Assembly: GCA_963753345.1 (NCBI GenBank)
Contig: CAVWBU010000049.1
Location: forward strand, 128,001-192,000
From: an uncultured Fibrobacterota bacterium
GTDB taxonomy: Bacteria; Fibrobacterota; Chitinivibrionia; Chitinivibrionales; FEN-1185
Direction: 5' to 3'
Length of the DNA stretch: 64,000 nucleotides
Shown: piece by piece, positions 38,357 to 48,888 of the stretch
Layout: each line of letters starts with the position of its first letter
How positions within the stretch are numbered: the first letter of the stretch is position 1
Translations under genes and position numbers: made by a program
Notes under the pieces: generated by a model
The model's database searches: none
What the model was told of the DNA's origin: nothing
The model's input: the letters and a program-made list of their open reading frames with translations, nothing else

Positions 38357-40630
38357 ATGAAATTCAGATTCATAGCAGCCGCGCTTTGTGCATGCGCGGT
38401 AATCGTTTCCGGCCAGCCGCTCACCCAGATAGACACGGTGCAGGTGACGCCGGTTTTTCTCAAGCTCGTCGACAACTCCGGCGGCGTCTACAAGTACAGG
38501 GGAAAGGTGTCCTACCGCATCATCGGGTGGGCGTACGACCGGTTCAACGTTTCCTTGTCGCTCATACAGGACGGCACCGGAACGGTCGTGCCGCTCACCA
38601 TGACCAAGGGCGACATCGGCCAGCTCACATGGCAGGGCGACAAAGGAATCCATTTCGCCTGCCAGTTCAACGGCCAGCCCACGGGCACCTACAAGGCAAA
38701 GATTTCGATCGCTTTGTCACAGAGCGACACCGCTGTTTTTATCGAAAACAAGATTGCATCGATGTCGAACGGTGACAAACAAACCATCGTAAACGGCGGG
38801 AGCGCGGCGGGCGTCGTGGGTCTGAACTGGCGCGACGGCCCGTACGGCCTTGGCGGCACCTGGTCCTTCCCCACGGGCCTCGCAATGGCCGCCACGTGGG
38901 ACACGGCCATCGTCGAAGAGGGCGGCCGTTTCATGGGAATGTGCTTCCGGGGACACGATTATAACGTCCAGCTGGGACCTTCCTGCAATCTTTGCCGCGA
39001 CAGCCGCGCCGGACGGACCACCGAATCATACGGCGAAGATCCCTTTGTAAACGGCAAAGGCGCCACCGCAGCCGTTAAGGGCGTGATGCGGGGCGGCACC
39101 ATTCCGACGCTCAAGCATTACTGCTGCAACAATGTGGAGCGCGCGCGGGGGTTCTACCCCGTGCACGTTTCGGAGCGGGGACTTCGCGAGCTTTACACAT
39201 ACCACTTCGGCATGGCTGCTCATGACGGCGGTACCGCCGCCATCATGGTAGCCTACAATTCGGTGAACGGCCTCCATAATGCGCAAAATCATCACACCAT
39301 GACCGACATCCTCAAGAACTCCTGGGGCCTGAAGGGATTCATCCTCACGGACTGGGACAACGGCGGCACCGGCAATGCTTCCATATTGGCATTGGCAGGA
39401 CTCGACCTGCCCACCCCGGGAACCTGGGGCGGCGGTCTGGAGGGACTGGTGCCTGGTACCATTACGCAGGGATTTTTCGACGACAAGGCGCGCCGCTCGC
39501 TGTGGGCGCGGTACAAAACAGGTTGTTTCGATCCCGGATACACAAGGACAATGTACACGGATTCCATCAACAGCACGAACATGTACAACTACGCGCGCCG
39601 GGTCTCGCGCGAATGCTATATCCTTCTCAAGAACGACAACAACCTGCTTCCGCTTGACAGAAGCGTCCCGATGACCATTGCCATGGTGGGGCCATGGGCC
39701 AATGAAATCCGGTGCGGTCCGGTCGGCAGCGCCCAGAACTGTCCCAGCAAGCACTACACCGCGCCGACGGCGGCGGTAAAACAGATCGGCGGCTCGAACA
39801 TCACGGTCAACAGCGATTACAATAATTGCGACTATGCGATCGTGTGCATCGGCCCCAACGATGAGGGCGAGGGCTTTGACCGCAACGAAGTATCACTGCC
39901 CGATACGCAGGATAAGCTGGCTGGAACAGTGCTCGCCGCAAATCCCGGCCATACTATTGTGTGGTATACCGGAGGCAGCACCGCGGACACGGGTAACTGG
40001 AACAAAGTCCCGGCGATTATCATGTCGTCTTATCCCGGTGAAGACCATGCCATGGCCCTGGCCGAGGTTCTGTTCGGCGACTACAATCCGGGCGGGAAAA
40101 CCCCGTTAACGTTCCCGCTGGACTCGACCCAGCTCCCGAGGTTCGGCGTGAACACTCCGTGGGGCGATACCGGCGATCCCTACGAGCCAGTGTGGGAGGG
40201 ACGGGGATATCCCTACTACGACTTCCACCATCTGACGCCGCTGTTCTGCTTCGGTTACGGCCTCAGTTACACCACGTTTGCGTACAGCGGTCTTTCGATC
40301 TCACCGGCCGGAGGGTATCCGGGCGACACATTTGCCGTTTCTGTGAATGTCCAGAACACCGGCAGCCGCGCCGGCGACGAAGTGGTGCAGCTGTACCTGC
40401 ACGACGAACAGAGTGTCCAGCCCAGGCGGTACAAAGACCTGCGCGGGTTCAGGCGCGTTCCTCTTAACGTCGGAGAGACAAAGACCGTCACCTTCAATCT
40501 TGTGGAGCGCGACTTCGAGTACTACGACACCACGCAGACGGCGTGGGTTATAGAGCCCGGGGCGGTGGACGTCCTCGTAGGATCATCGTCTCTCGACATC
40601 AGGCAGCAGGGGACGATTACGTTTTATTAA
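38357..40630 (+). CDS. GH3 beta-glucosidase-like hydrolase (paralog 2)
   Basis: GRTTESYGEDP, KHY, ILTDW, GEGFDR, FGYGLSYTTF; collinear with paralog 1; GGAGG RBS. Confidence 0.93.
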   Translation: MKFRFIAAALCACAVIVSGQPLTQIDTVQVTPVFLKLVDNSGGVYKYRGKVSYRIIGWAYDRFNVSLSLIQDGTGTVVPLTMTKGDIGQLTWQGDKGIHFACQFNGQPTGTYKAKISIALSQSDTAVFIENKIASMSNGDKQTIVNGGSAAGVVGLNWRDGPYGLGGTWSFPTGLAMAATWDTAIVEEGGRFMGMCFRGHDYNVQLGPSCNLCRDSRAGRTTESYGEDPFVNGKGATAAVKGVMRGGTIPTLKHYCCNNVERARGFYPVHVSERGLRELYTYHFGMAAHDGGTAAIMVAYNSVNGLHNAQNHHTMTDILKNSWGLKGFILTDWDNGGTGNASILALAGLDLPTPGTWGGGLEGLVPGTITQGFFDDKARRSLWARYKTGCFDPGYTRTMYTDSINSTNMYNYARRVSRECYILLKNDNNLLPLDRSVPMTIAMVGPWANEIRCGPVGSAQNCPSKHYTAPTAAVKQIGGSNITVNSDYNNCDYAIVCIGPNDEGEGFDRNEVSLPDTQDKLAGTVLAANPGHTIVWYTGGSTADTGNWNKVPAIIMSSYPGEDHAMALAEVLFGDYNPGGKTPLTFPLDSTQLPRFGVNTPWGDTGDPYEPVWEGRGYPYYDFHHLTPLFCFGYGLSYTTFAYSGLSISPAGGYPGDTFAVSVNVQNTGSRAGDEVVQLYLHDEQSVQPRRYKDLRGFRRVPLNVGETKTVTFNLVERDFEYYDTTQTAWVIEPGAVDVLVGSSSLDIRQQGTITFY

Positions 40631-40654
40631 AAAGAAACACGCGAGTCGGATGTT

Positions 40655-40710
40655 AAAGGTTGAAAGTTGAAAGCTGGAAGAAGAATTCCCTTTCAACTTT
40701 CAGCTTTTTT
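40655..40710 (+). terminator. Heptamer-built hairpin with T tail, probable terminator
   Basis: AAAGGTTGAAAGTTGAAAG ... CTTTCAACTTTCAGCTTTTTT. Confidence 0.55.
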
Positions 40711-40831
40711 AGATGGGTTCAAGTTGTTTTTGTTGCGTAGAGGGTGTGCAATAACGATTTTTTTTCATGTTGTCCAACAGGCAAACAAGAGACAAATCCG
40801 TTCATATACAAAATTTTCATAGGGGGAATTC

Positions 40832-42463
40832 ATGAATCCAACAAAATTATTGTTCCTGGCGCTTTTTCAATTGGGCCTGATTTCGTTTGTTTTGGGACAG
40901 ACGGTCAATATCACCGGCACCGTCACGGACCAAAACAGCAAAAAAGTGGTGGGCGCCGGCGTCAAATTAAAGAACCTGGCGCTCAGAACCGTAACGGACA
41001 CAGCCGGTCACTTTGCTTTTTCCGTGGCCGCTGCAGGTATTGCAAAAACGCCGCCTGCCTATGTCATGCCGTTTTTTTCAGGCAATTTTCTTAACTTTAC
41101 CGTCGCAAAGAATAACGACCGTGTTTTGGTGGAAACGTTCGATTGCAAAGGGAGATGTGTCCGTGTGGCGCTTGACAGGGCGATGCAAGCCGGAACGTAC
41201 AAGACCCTGCCGTTTCCCGCTGGTTTTTCGTCGCAGATATACCTATGCCGGGTGACAATAGGAAACACCGTGTCTCGCCTTTTGAAAACGCCTCTTATGG
41301 GCAAATCCATTGGAGAAGGTTCCGGTGCCTGCTTGAGCAAGCAATCCACGCAAACGTATTTGGCCAAGCGAGCCGCTGCCGTGGATACATTAATAGTCAC
41401 CCGTTCGGGATATGCCACCCAGAGGCAGCCATTGGATTCGTATGTCGGCACCTTTCCCATTACGCTACAGTGGGCGATTTCGGTTGTCACGGACCTGGAC
41501 TCCTACCAGGGCATCGATAACCCGATGTACGTCACTGCCTGGGACCTCTCCCTTTCCACCGCAACGACGGTTTCCGCCACTATCGCTTCAACCACGTATC
41601 CGACGCCCATCGCCCTGACGCTGGCAAAAGACACGAGCAACCCGGGGAGCTTCACGGGCGCCGTCAATTTCACCGTAAGCAAGGCCACTACGCTCGGTGA
41701 CACGGTTCGCGTAACGGACGGCGACACGGTCACGGTCTCCTATGTGAAGGCCGGGGTCGTGGCGGCTTTTGCAAAAGCGGTGTGGGCCGCCCTGGCGCCG
41801 AGCGTACGGCCCAGCGTATCGATTTACCTCGGACTCCGGAACCTCATCAACATCAACGCCGATGACCACAATATTACCGATGACTCGATCACCATTCACC
41901 TGTCTTCCCATAAGGACACGGTGGGCATTAACGTTGTTCTGTACGCCATTCCCGGATCGCCCGGCTCGTATTCGGGATCGGTTTACCCTTCGTTGACACA
42001 GTCAACTCCGGGCAAGGTTATTGCGGTGCGGCCGCCGATCGATACCTTGACCACTGTTTATCAGAGCCCGGCGCTCCATTATCCGATAGTAAGCTCCGCA
42101 CTTCAAGGCACCGCGCTGCTGTGGAAATGCAATCAGGTATCCATCATGCCCGATTCGATCGGGACCGGGTATCACGGCACGTCCAGCAAAATGAAGATTG
42201 CCATGGAAAACGACCACATCGTGGCCAACTCGGTGAACGTCAACGTGAAGAGCAAAAAGGACCCCACGGGCATTACCGTGCCCCTGGCCGTAACCGACAC
42301 GTCGTTCATCTTCAAGGGGACGGTCGGGTTCACCACGGGAGCCTCGGACCCTGCCGCAATGACGATTTCGGTCGCGGGCAGCGACACGGTCACCTTATTG
42401 TACTATGACCCGATCGTGGTCCCGCCGCAGACCGACAGCGTCAAGGTGACCTGGAATCAGTAA
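40832..42463 (+). CDS. Secreted surface protein with three Ig-like repeats
   Basis: Signal peptide; carboxypeptidase-regulatory-like start ITGTVTDQ; three Thr/Val-rich repeats ending GDTVTVSY / DTLTTVY / SDTVTLLY. Confidence 0.75.
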   Translation: MNPTKLLFLALFQLGLISFVLGQTVNITGTVTDQNSKKVVGAGVKLKNLALRTVTDTAGHFAFSVAAAGIAKTPPAYVMPFFSGNFLNFTVAKNNDRVLVETFDCKGRCVRVALDRAMQAGTYKTLPFPAGFSSQIYLCRVTIGNTVSRLLKTPLMGKSIGEGSGACLSKQSTQTYLAKRAAAVDTLIVTRSGYATQRQPLDSYVGTFPITLQWAISVVTDLDSYQGIDNPMYVTAWDLSLSTATTVSATIASTTYPTPIALTLAKDTSNPGSFTGAVNFTVSKATTLGDTVRVTDGDTVTVSYVKAGVVAAFAKAVWAALAPSVRPSVSIYLGLRNLININADDHNITDDSITIHLSSHKDTVGINVVLYAIPGSPGSYSGSVYPSLTQSTPGKVIAVRPPIDTLTTVYQSPALHYPIVSSALQGTALLWKCNQVSIMPDSIGTGYHGTSSKMKIAMENDHIVANSVNVNVKSKKDPTGITVPLAVTDTSFIFKGTVGFTTGASDPAAMTISVAGSDTVTLLYYDPIVVPPQTDSVKVTWNQ

Positions 42464-42912
42464 ACGGCGGAAGGGTGCGATTGTCAATACGTCGTCGCTG
42501 GACATGCGGCGGAGAGGAACGCGGGCGATTCACTGACAGATAGTGCAAAGTCTGAAAATTATCTTTTCCCGCCCTGGTAACTACTGATTGAAGTGTTGCC
42601 GGGGCGGTTCTATTTTTTTCTTGACAATGAATTCCAGTCAGATTCCGAATGAGTCTTCGCCGGATGAAGTGCACCAGGGGTAGGGGAAGCCGGAGGGAGG
42701 GATTTGTTTCATATCATTTATTGAACTTCTGTTAGTTGCGTGATTCCTTGGTGCACATAACAGGTGGTCTCATAGTGGGTGATGAGGAATGCAGTTTATA
42801 CCAACGTTCCACGCACCGCCCGCCGTGCCCGCCTACAATCTCGCCAACCGACGGAAGCCACGACGGAGTCTTCGACATGACTGGCTGACATGACGGGCGC
42901 ATGTAGAATATT

Positions 42913-43833
42913 TTAAGCAACTAAAGACGAATACTCGTGTTTTACCTGAAGATAAAAATCGAGCATTTCGCCATTGATTTTCTTTTTTGCGGGGTTCAGG
43001 CGAAGGAAGGAAGATGTTTTGAAAAGGGAATTGTGATCTAACCGATGTTCAATGAGGGTGCAATATTCCGGATCAATTTCAATTCCGATACTATGCCGAC
43101 CAGCTTTCATGGCTGCCAGCATGCTTGTACCTGACCCGCAAAAGGGATCAACAACAACGTCACCAACAAAAGAAAACATTCTGACTAATCGGTCAGCAAG
43201 TTCCAAAGGGTAGGGTGCCGGATGCTCTCGCGTCGATTCGCCGGTAATATTCCAAATTTGACTGAACCATAAGTCAAATTTATCCTTAGGAATCATGCTT
43301 AATTTTCTTTGAATTTCTGAAGGCTGCCTGTAGCCCCCGGGTTTCCTTTGCATGAGAATAAATTCAATGTCATTCTTAATTATTGCATTTGGTTCATAAG
43401 GTTTTCCGAGAAATTTTGCACTGGTGTTCGCTTCGAATTTGGCATTAGAAATTTTGTGCCAAATAATAGGATTCAAATTGTCGAGGCCAATTTTTCTGCA
43501 GATTACTTGAATGTCAGCATGTAAAGGCATTACTAGATGTCTACCATTTTCTCTTCTCGAAAGACAAACGTCCCCAACAACACATACCAACCTGCCTCCG
43601 GGAACCAGAATGCGGTAGACTTCTTTCCAGACACGGGACAATTCTTTCAGAAATTCTTCATAATCGTTAATATGGCCCATTTGTGCTGGACTATCATTAT
43701 AACGTTTGAGATTCCAATAAGGGGGAGACGTGATTACCAAATGCACGGATTCATCATTAACGAAAGACAAGTCTCGAGCATCACCGTTAATCAGGCAGTG
43801 CGAGGTATGGATTTCATTAACTGTCTTTTGCAT
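42913..43833 (-). CDS. Beta-class N4/N6 DNA methyltransferase
   Basis: TSPPY precedes DPFCGSGTS; HPAPYP; low GC. Confidence 0.92.
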   Translation of the reverse strand: MQKTVNEIHTSHCLINGDARDLSFVNDESVHLVITSPPYWNLKRYNDSPAQMGHINDYEEFLKELSRVWKEVYRILVPGGRLVCVVGDVCLSRRENGRHLVMPLHADIQVICRKIGLDNLNPIIWHKISNAKFEANTSAKFLGKPYEPNAIIKNDIEFILMQRKPGGYRQPSEIQRKLSMIPKDKFDLWFSQIWNITGESTREHPAPYPLELADRLVRMFSFVGDVVVDPFCGSGTSMLAAMKAGRHSIGIEIDPEYCTLIEHRLDHNSLFKTSSFLRLNPAKKKINGEMLDFYLQVKHEYSSLVA

Positions 43834-43834
43834 A

Positions 43835-44563
43835 CTATTTATCTCCATATGCGGTCAATTGACCAATCATTGACCGAACAAACATTTCAAAATTTAGGTC
43901 GGCAGCAGGTTCCTTATATTCGCCCTTCATTCCACTCGTTTTCGATGAAAGTAAAAACGATGATGCTGTATAATGCCTTTCTCTGACAAGTTTTCTGCAG
44001 AATAGTTCATACCGTTTCGCGTACGAGGCATTTACAAATTCGGGAAAAACCTTAAAATGCGGCTCTTGAACTTTTACCGGTCTATTGGAATTTCCACAAT
44101 CTTCGAGCATGAAAAAATATCCGAGCCAAGGCTTGATTGTGGAGTTGAATGCCCCTTCACGGTATGCTGTCCACAAGTCGAGGGCGCTCCCCATGGCCTC
44201 TTCTGTACGGTTATTAAAGTTGTTTCCAAAAGAAGGTCCGACCTGAGATTTTGCTTCAAGTGCGAGGAGAAGTTGACCTTTTTTGACAACAAGTAAATCC
44301 CATTCTTTCGTAGGCCGAAAGAATCCCGGAAGTTGTAAAAATTGGTTATGGTAAATACAGCGAGAAGAAATACCAGTTTCAGAAATTATTTCGGTAAGAA
44401 AATTAATTATGCCATCCATTTGCGCGCCACCAGTCACTGCACTGCGTGCACCTTGATCGCTGTTACCCTGATTTTTCTGCTTTTTACTCTGATCTTCACG
44501 AGTTTGCCAATAAAAGGCTATTGCTTTCGTTAGCCTGCCTTGCAAGTCAGTGATATTTATCAT
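43835..44563 (-). CDS. PaeR7I/XhoI-family type II restriction endonuclease
   Basis: DQGARSAVTGG, LPGFFRPTKEWDLLV and EAKSQVGPSFGNNFNNRTEEAMG motifs. Confidence 0.9.
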   Translation of the reverse strand: MINITDLQGRLTKAIAFYWQTREDQSKKQKNQGNSDQGARSAVTGGAQMDGIINFLTEIISETGISSRCIYHNQFLQLPGFFRPTKEWDLLVVKKGQLLLALEAKSQVGPSFGNNFNNRTEEAMGSALDLWTAYREGAFNSTIKPWLGYFFMLEDCGNSNRPVKVQEPHFKVFPEFVNASYAKRYELFCRKLVRERHYTASSFLLSSKTSGMKGEYKEPAADLNFEMFVRSMIGQLTAYGDK

Positions 44564-44661
44564 TATTTAATTGCTCCTGTATCACTAAAATAAATCGAAG
44601 TGAGTTTTTTCGCAGAATAATTTTCAGATTGGTTGCCATTCATTAGCATCCACACATAAAA

Positions 44662-47129
44662 TTACCTCACCACCACAAACCTCCCCGTCACCACCCTTCC
44701 CCCCGCACTAACCTCACAAACATACTCTCCATCCGCCACCCGTTTCGAATACCTTTCACACAGATCCCAGAAAATGCAATGGCTACCTGCTCCCAGCTCT
44801 TCACGGCCAAGATTCTTCACCAAGTTTCCTCTTGCATCATAAATTGAAATGGAGACTTTCCCGCTGTTCGCAACCGTAAAGGAGATTTCTATTCGGGTGC
44901 TCAGCGGATTCCTTTTTACAATCAGCTTGGTTTGATTAAAAAGAAAATTCGCACTCTTGTTATTGACAACTGCTGTCGAAATCTCGCCGTACGCGTAACC
45001 CGATCCTGAAAATCCGGCATACACCTTGCCATAGGTGTTCATGTCGCCCGAAATGGTTTTTATCATATCAAGACTGCCGAGCGGCCAATCGCAGATCTGT
45101 GTCCAGTTCTGGCCCTGGTTGTCCGAGCGCCAGATGCCGTAAACATTGCTGACCCAGCCGCAAATGTAAATGGCAGGATAGCCGCCTGTGGCCGCAGGCG
45201 CGCCGAAGCCGAAGCACCACGCTTCAAGAACATTCGGAACAGCGGTCCAGGTCGCGCCGCCGTCTGTGGAGTGCATGAACGGCTCGCTTGCCGGATGAGG
45301 ATCACCGCTGCCGCCCTGCGGGCCGCCGGTAAAGAACAGGTGGCCTGTCTGGCCCGGCACGGCCTTGAGTTCCGCGTTGTAGCTTGACCACGGGGTTATT
45401 TCGCCTGTGTGAACAAGTGTCCAGGTCGCGGCGCTGTCTGTTGATTTGTAAACGCCCTTGAGGTAATTGTATAGGTAGAAGGTGCCGATGGTCACCCTGT
45501 CTGCGGCAACGATGTGGCGGTTGAGATAATAGGCAAAGCCCCAGCCGGTCTCGCCCGTGGTTGCCGCGCCGGGAGCATTCACCGCTGTCCAGGTTGTTCC
45601 GCCGTTTTTGGTGTAGTAGGGGACAAGGTTGTTCTCCGGCACCCAGACAATGTTGTTCGGAGATGCAGCGGCGATGGAGCCGCCCTCACCCTCATTTGAC
45701 GGATGCGCGGCAAAGGTGTGCCAGGTTTGCCCGTTGTCATTGGAATAGCCTGATTTCTCCACCGCGCCCCAATTGAAAAGGCCGGCGATGAACGCAGGGT
45801 TGCTCGACGCCCAGTCAAGCGCCCAGCCCGCGACAATCGCGTTCTGATTGTCGGGACCATGCGTTGAAGGATATACGTCGGGATCGTTGACATAAAAGAC
45901 CGGCCGGTCCCACGAAGCGACAACCGGTTTTCTGCCCGGAGGGGAGACAATTTCGTTGGCGACCAGTTGTTCTATGCCGGCACTCTGCGAGTTCCAGACA
46001 ACTCCCATGTCCCACGTCTGGGTTGTTGAAAGGTTCGTATACCAGACGCCGATTCCTTCCGAGAAAAAGAGCTTGTTGGAGACCAGAGGGATCAAAGATC
46101 ATGTTGCCGTTCGACATGTAGCTTTCGTTGGTCCATGCCAGCCAGGGAACATCGGTCGCCACTCTGGTTTGAGGATGGGCTGTTGACCCCCAGATCGTTC
46201 CGCTCCACGTTGCGCCCCGGTCAAGCGATTGGTCAAGGTAACCTCCGTCGCTGCCCGTTATCACGCGGGCAGGGTTTGACGGATCCACCGCGACCGTGTG
46301 CCATCCGCCCGAGGCGTTGATGTTGGTCCAGGCGCCGGCCGCGCACTTCCATGCAGCGGTCCCGTCTGCCGCATAGTACACGCCGTCGCCTGCGACGATC
46401 GCATTATTCACCGTTGTCGGGCCGCCTGTTGTTTTTGTAAAGCTGGCGCCGGCATTTGCGGAAACATACACGCCGTTGCCCCAGCTGCAAATGTAAACCG
46501 TGTTCGTTTTTCCGGCAGTGGTGCCGGAAGTCAGGATCAAACGCGATGCCGGTGATGCCGCCTGCTCCGCCAAGGGGAATCGTGGCCACCTGCGCCCAGG
46601 CGGCGCCGCCATTGGACGTGTACCACACGCCGTTGAGCGTGGTGCCGGCATAGACCACATCGGGATTCGCCGGGTCGATCGCCATTTTCTGGCCATTGAT
46701 GCGGTAGTTGTCATTGGCGTCACAGCCGCTAACTGTTGCAAAGGCGGTTTTGGACCATGTCGATCCCTTGTTGTCGCTCCTGTAAACGCTGCCGTTATAT
46801 ATCATGTAAAGACGGTTGGAATTTCCCGGCGCGATTCTTATCTCGTAAACGCCCGCGGCGTTGTAGACCGTCACATCCGCGGCGGGCATGCTGGTCGAGG
46901 TGACCAGTTGCTGCCACTGGGTCCCGTTCCACAGGTATGCGCCGTAGGTGTCGGCGCGGACCACTTTGGTGCCGTCCGGCGCGATGTCCATGCCGACCAG
47001 CCAGCCGCCAGCGCCGATTCTGAGTGGCTGCCAGGTGTAGGAGAATGCGGCATAGGCTTGGGTAAGGGTTGATGACAAGAGAAGAAGGAAAATGAGCTGC
47101 GCTTTCATGCAAGGAAGGTACTTTTTCAT
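44662..47129 (-). pseudogene. GH74-like/BNR-repeat glycoside hydrolase with C-terminal sorting-type domain, split by two +1 frameshifts
   Basis: WQPLRIGAGG, RADTYGAY, multiple SxDxGxTW Asp-boxes; three overlapping ORFs join if single bases near 46532 and 46087 are removed. Confidence 0.85.
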
Positions 47130-47299
47130 ATCATAGCCACCTTATGTTTTTGATTTCTCTTCGTATTCCTCTCTGAACATGGTGTGGTTCCCAGTTTCAC
47201 GTGGTCGAGGAAACTTCCTGTTCCCGCGCCCGGTCAGTTTTCATGATTTGCTTTCAACTTCCAACTTTCAACCTTTAACCTCTTCCCGCATCCACCCCC

Positions 47300-48148
47300 T
47301 CAACCCATCAACAACTTCCATCCTTCATCCAGCGCCAGTGCAGCAAGACCGCAGAGCATTTCGTATTTGATAAGAGAGGAAATCCGTGCGGCAGACTTTT
47401 CCCAGTCCGATTTGTAAAACAGCAGGGACCAGCGGACATGCAGGGGGACAACGGTTGCCAGGCAAATTGCCGCGTACACCATGCCGAAGTCGCGGGAGAG
47501 AAAGGGCACGGTAACAAGAATTGCGTAGAGCAGGCCGCACACGGCAACCACCGCGGTGAGCAGCCGGCGGGAGAGCGCCGCCGAGGTGACGTATCCTGCC
47601 GCGGCGTCGCCCTGCCTGTCCTGGACGTCCTTGACGATTTCGCGCGGCAGGTTGAGCAGAAACGCGAGCGCCGCCGGCGCGATCAGGCGGTGCAGGCCGG
47701 GACCCAAGAGCCCGCCAAAGATAATGCCGTAGGCGACAAGCAGGCTCACCAGGACATTGCCCGCAAGCGGGGTTGCTTTGAAAAACAGGGCATAGGCGAG
47801 CAGTAGACAAAGGGGAACAACGGCGCCAGCGCCGTGGGGAATGGAGACCGCGAATGCGGCGGCAGCGGAGGTCGCGGCAAGGACCGTCGCATAGACAACG
47901 GCGGCATTTTTCTTTATCGCCCCGGACGCCAGCGGCCTACCGGGATGGCTTATCCTGTCGGTTACGATGTCGGCGATGTCGTTGACCACGTTGCCGAACC
48001 CCGCGGCGGCCGCCGCTGCGAGCGCGAGAAGGGCAAGCGCCGTCACGCCGCCGGGCGCGGACGCAAGCCAGAACCCCAGGGCCACGCCGAGCGCGAGCAT
48101 GAGCAGGTTTACGGGCCGCAGAATTCGTACAAAGGCCGCAGGTCTCAT
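47300..48148 (-). CDS. UbiA-family prenyltransferase, DGGGP-synthase-like
   Basis: RPVN, NDIADIVTDRISHPGRPLASG and REIVKDVQDRQGD motifs; multiple TM helices. Confidence 0.82.
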   Translation of the reverse strand: MRPAAFVRILRPVNLLMLALGVALGFWLASAPGGVTALALLALAAAAAAGFGNVVNDIADIVTDRISHPGRPLASGAIKKNAAVVYATVLAATSAAAAFAVSIPHGAGAVVPLCLLLAYALFFKATPLAGNVLVSLLVAYGIIFGGLLGPGLHRLIAPAALAFLLNLPREIVKDVQDRQGDAAAGYVTSAALSRRLLTAVVAVCGLLYAILVTVPFLSRDFGMVYAAICLATVVPLHVRWSLLFYKSDWEKSAARISSLIKYEMLCGLAALALDEGWKLLMG

Positions 48149-48302
48149 GACAACCTTTGCCTGTTGAAAAAAAATTCGGATGACAAGCGATGATTTATTT
48201 TCTGTGACGAGATTTTTCAGTGTCACGCTGCCCCGGACACGTTCGTTGACATCAATATACGATTATTCCGCATGGAGTTGCGCTACAATTTCGGAGGAAA
48301 CC

Positions 48303-48833
48303 GTGCCGCTCAAGATCGAAAAGAAATGGCTCCTGTTTGTCATCGTGACCGTTGTCGGGTTCAGCCTTGACATGTTCACCAAGCAGCTTGCCGTCACGCA
48401 TTTGAGGGTCGGCATGCCGGTCAACGTAATCGGCCCGTACGCGCAGTTTCTGCTCGTCTTCAACAAGGCCGCCATCTGGGGCTTTGATCCCCGCACGCTG
48501 GTGCCATGGTTCCCGCTCAACGGTTTTTTCACGGTCTTTACCGCCGTTGCGGCAGTGGTGATAGTATTGTACTACGTGACGCTCAAGAAGTCCGACGTCC
48601 TGATGCAGTGGGGCATTTCGCTGGTGATGCCGGGTGCGCTCGGAAATTTGTGGGACCGGGTGATGCACGCAAGGCTCGGCGTGGTCGACTTTGTACGGCT
48701 CGGCATTTCCGACAACATCTACTGGGCCATCTTCAACATGGCCGACGCCTATGTCACCATCGGGGTTGCGCTCATGCTGCTCAATTTTGTGCTGGAAGGC
48801 AGGAGAGCGAAGAAGTTGAAAGTTCAAAGTTGA
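48303..48833 (+). CDS. lspA: Lipoprotein signal peptidase II
   Basis: LDMFTK, NKAAIWG, GALGNLWDR, VVDF and FNMAD motifs; GTG start after GGAGG. Confidence 0.92.
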   Translation: MPLKIEKKWLLFVIVTVVGFSLDMFTKQLAVTHLRVGMPVNVIGPYAQFLLVFNKAAIWGFDPRTLVPWFPLNGFFTVFTAVAAVVIVLYYVTLKKSDVLMQWGISLVMPGALGNLWDRVMHARLGVVDFVRLGISDNIYWAIFNMADAYVTIGVALMLLNFVLEGRRAKKLKVQS

Positions 48834-48888
48834 GAGTTGAAAGCAGGACTCAGAAAGACCGTACGTTCCACAATCTGGAATCTGGAAT

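Noticed and set aside
42720-42912. attC-like GTT motifs downstream of the methyltransferase
   Set aside because: No complementary R''/R' pair or L boxes could be built; too degenerate to call
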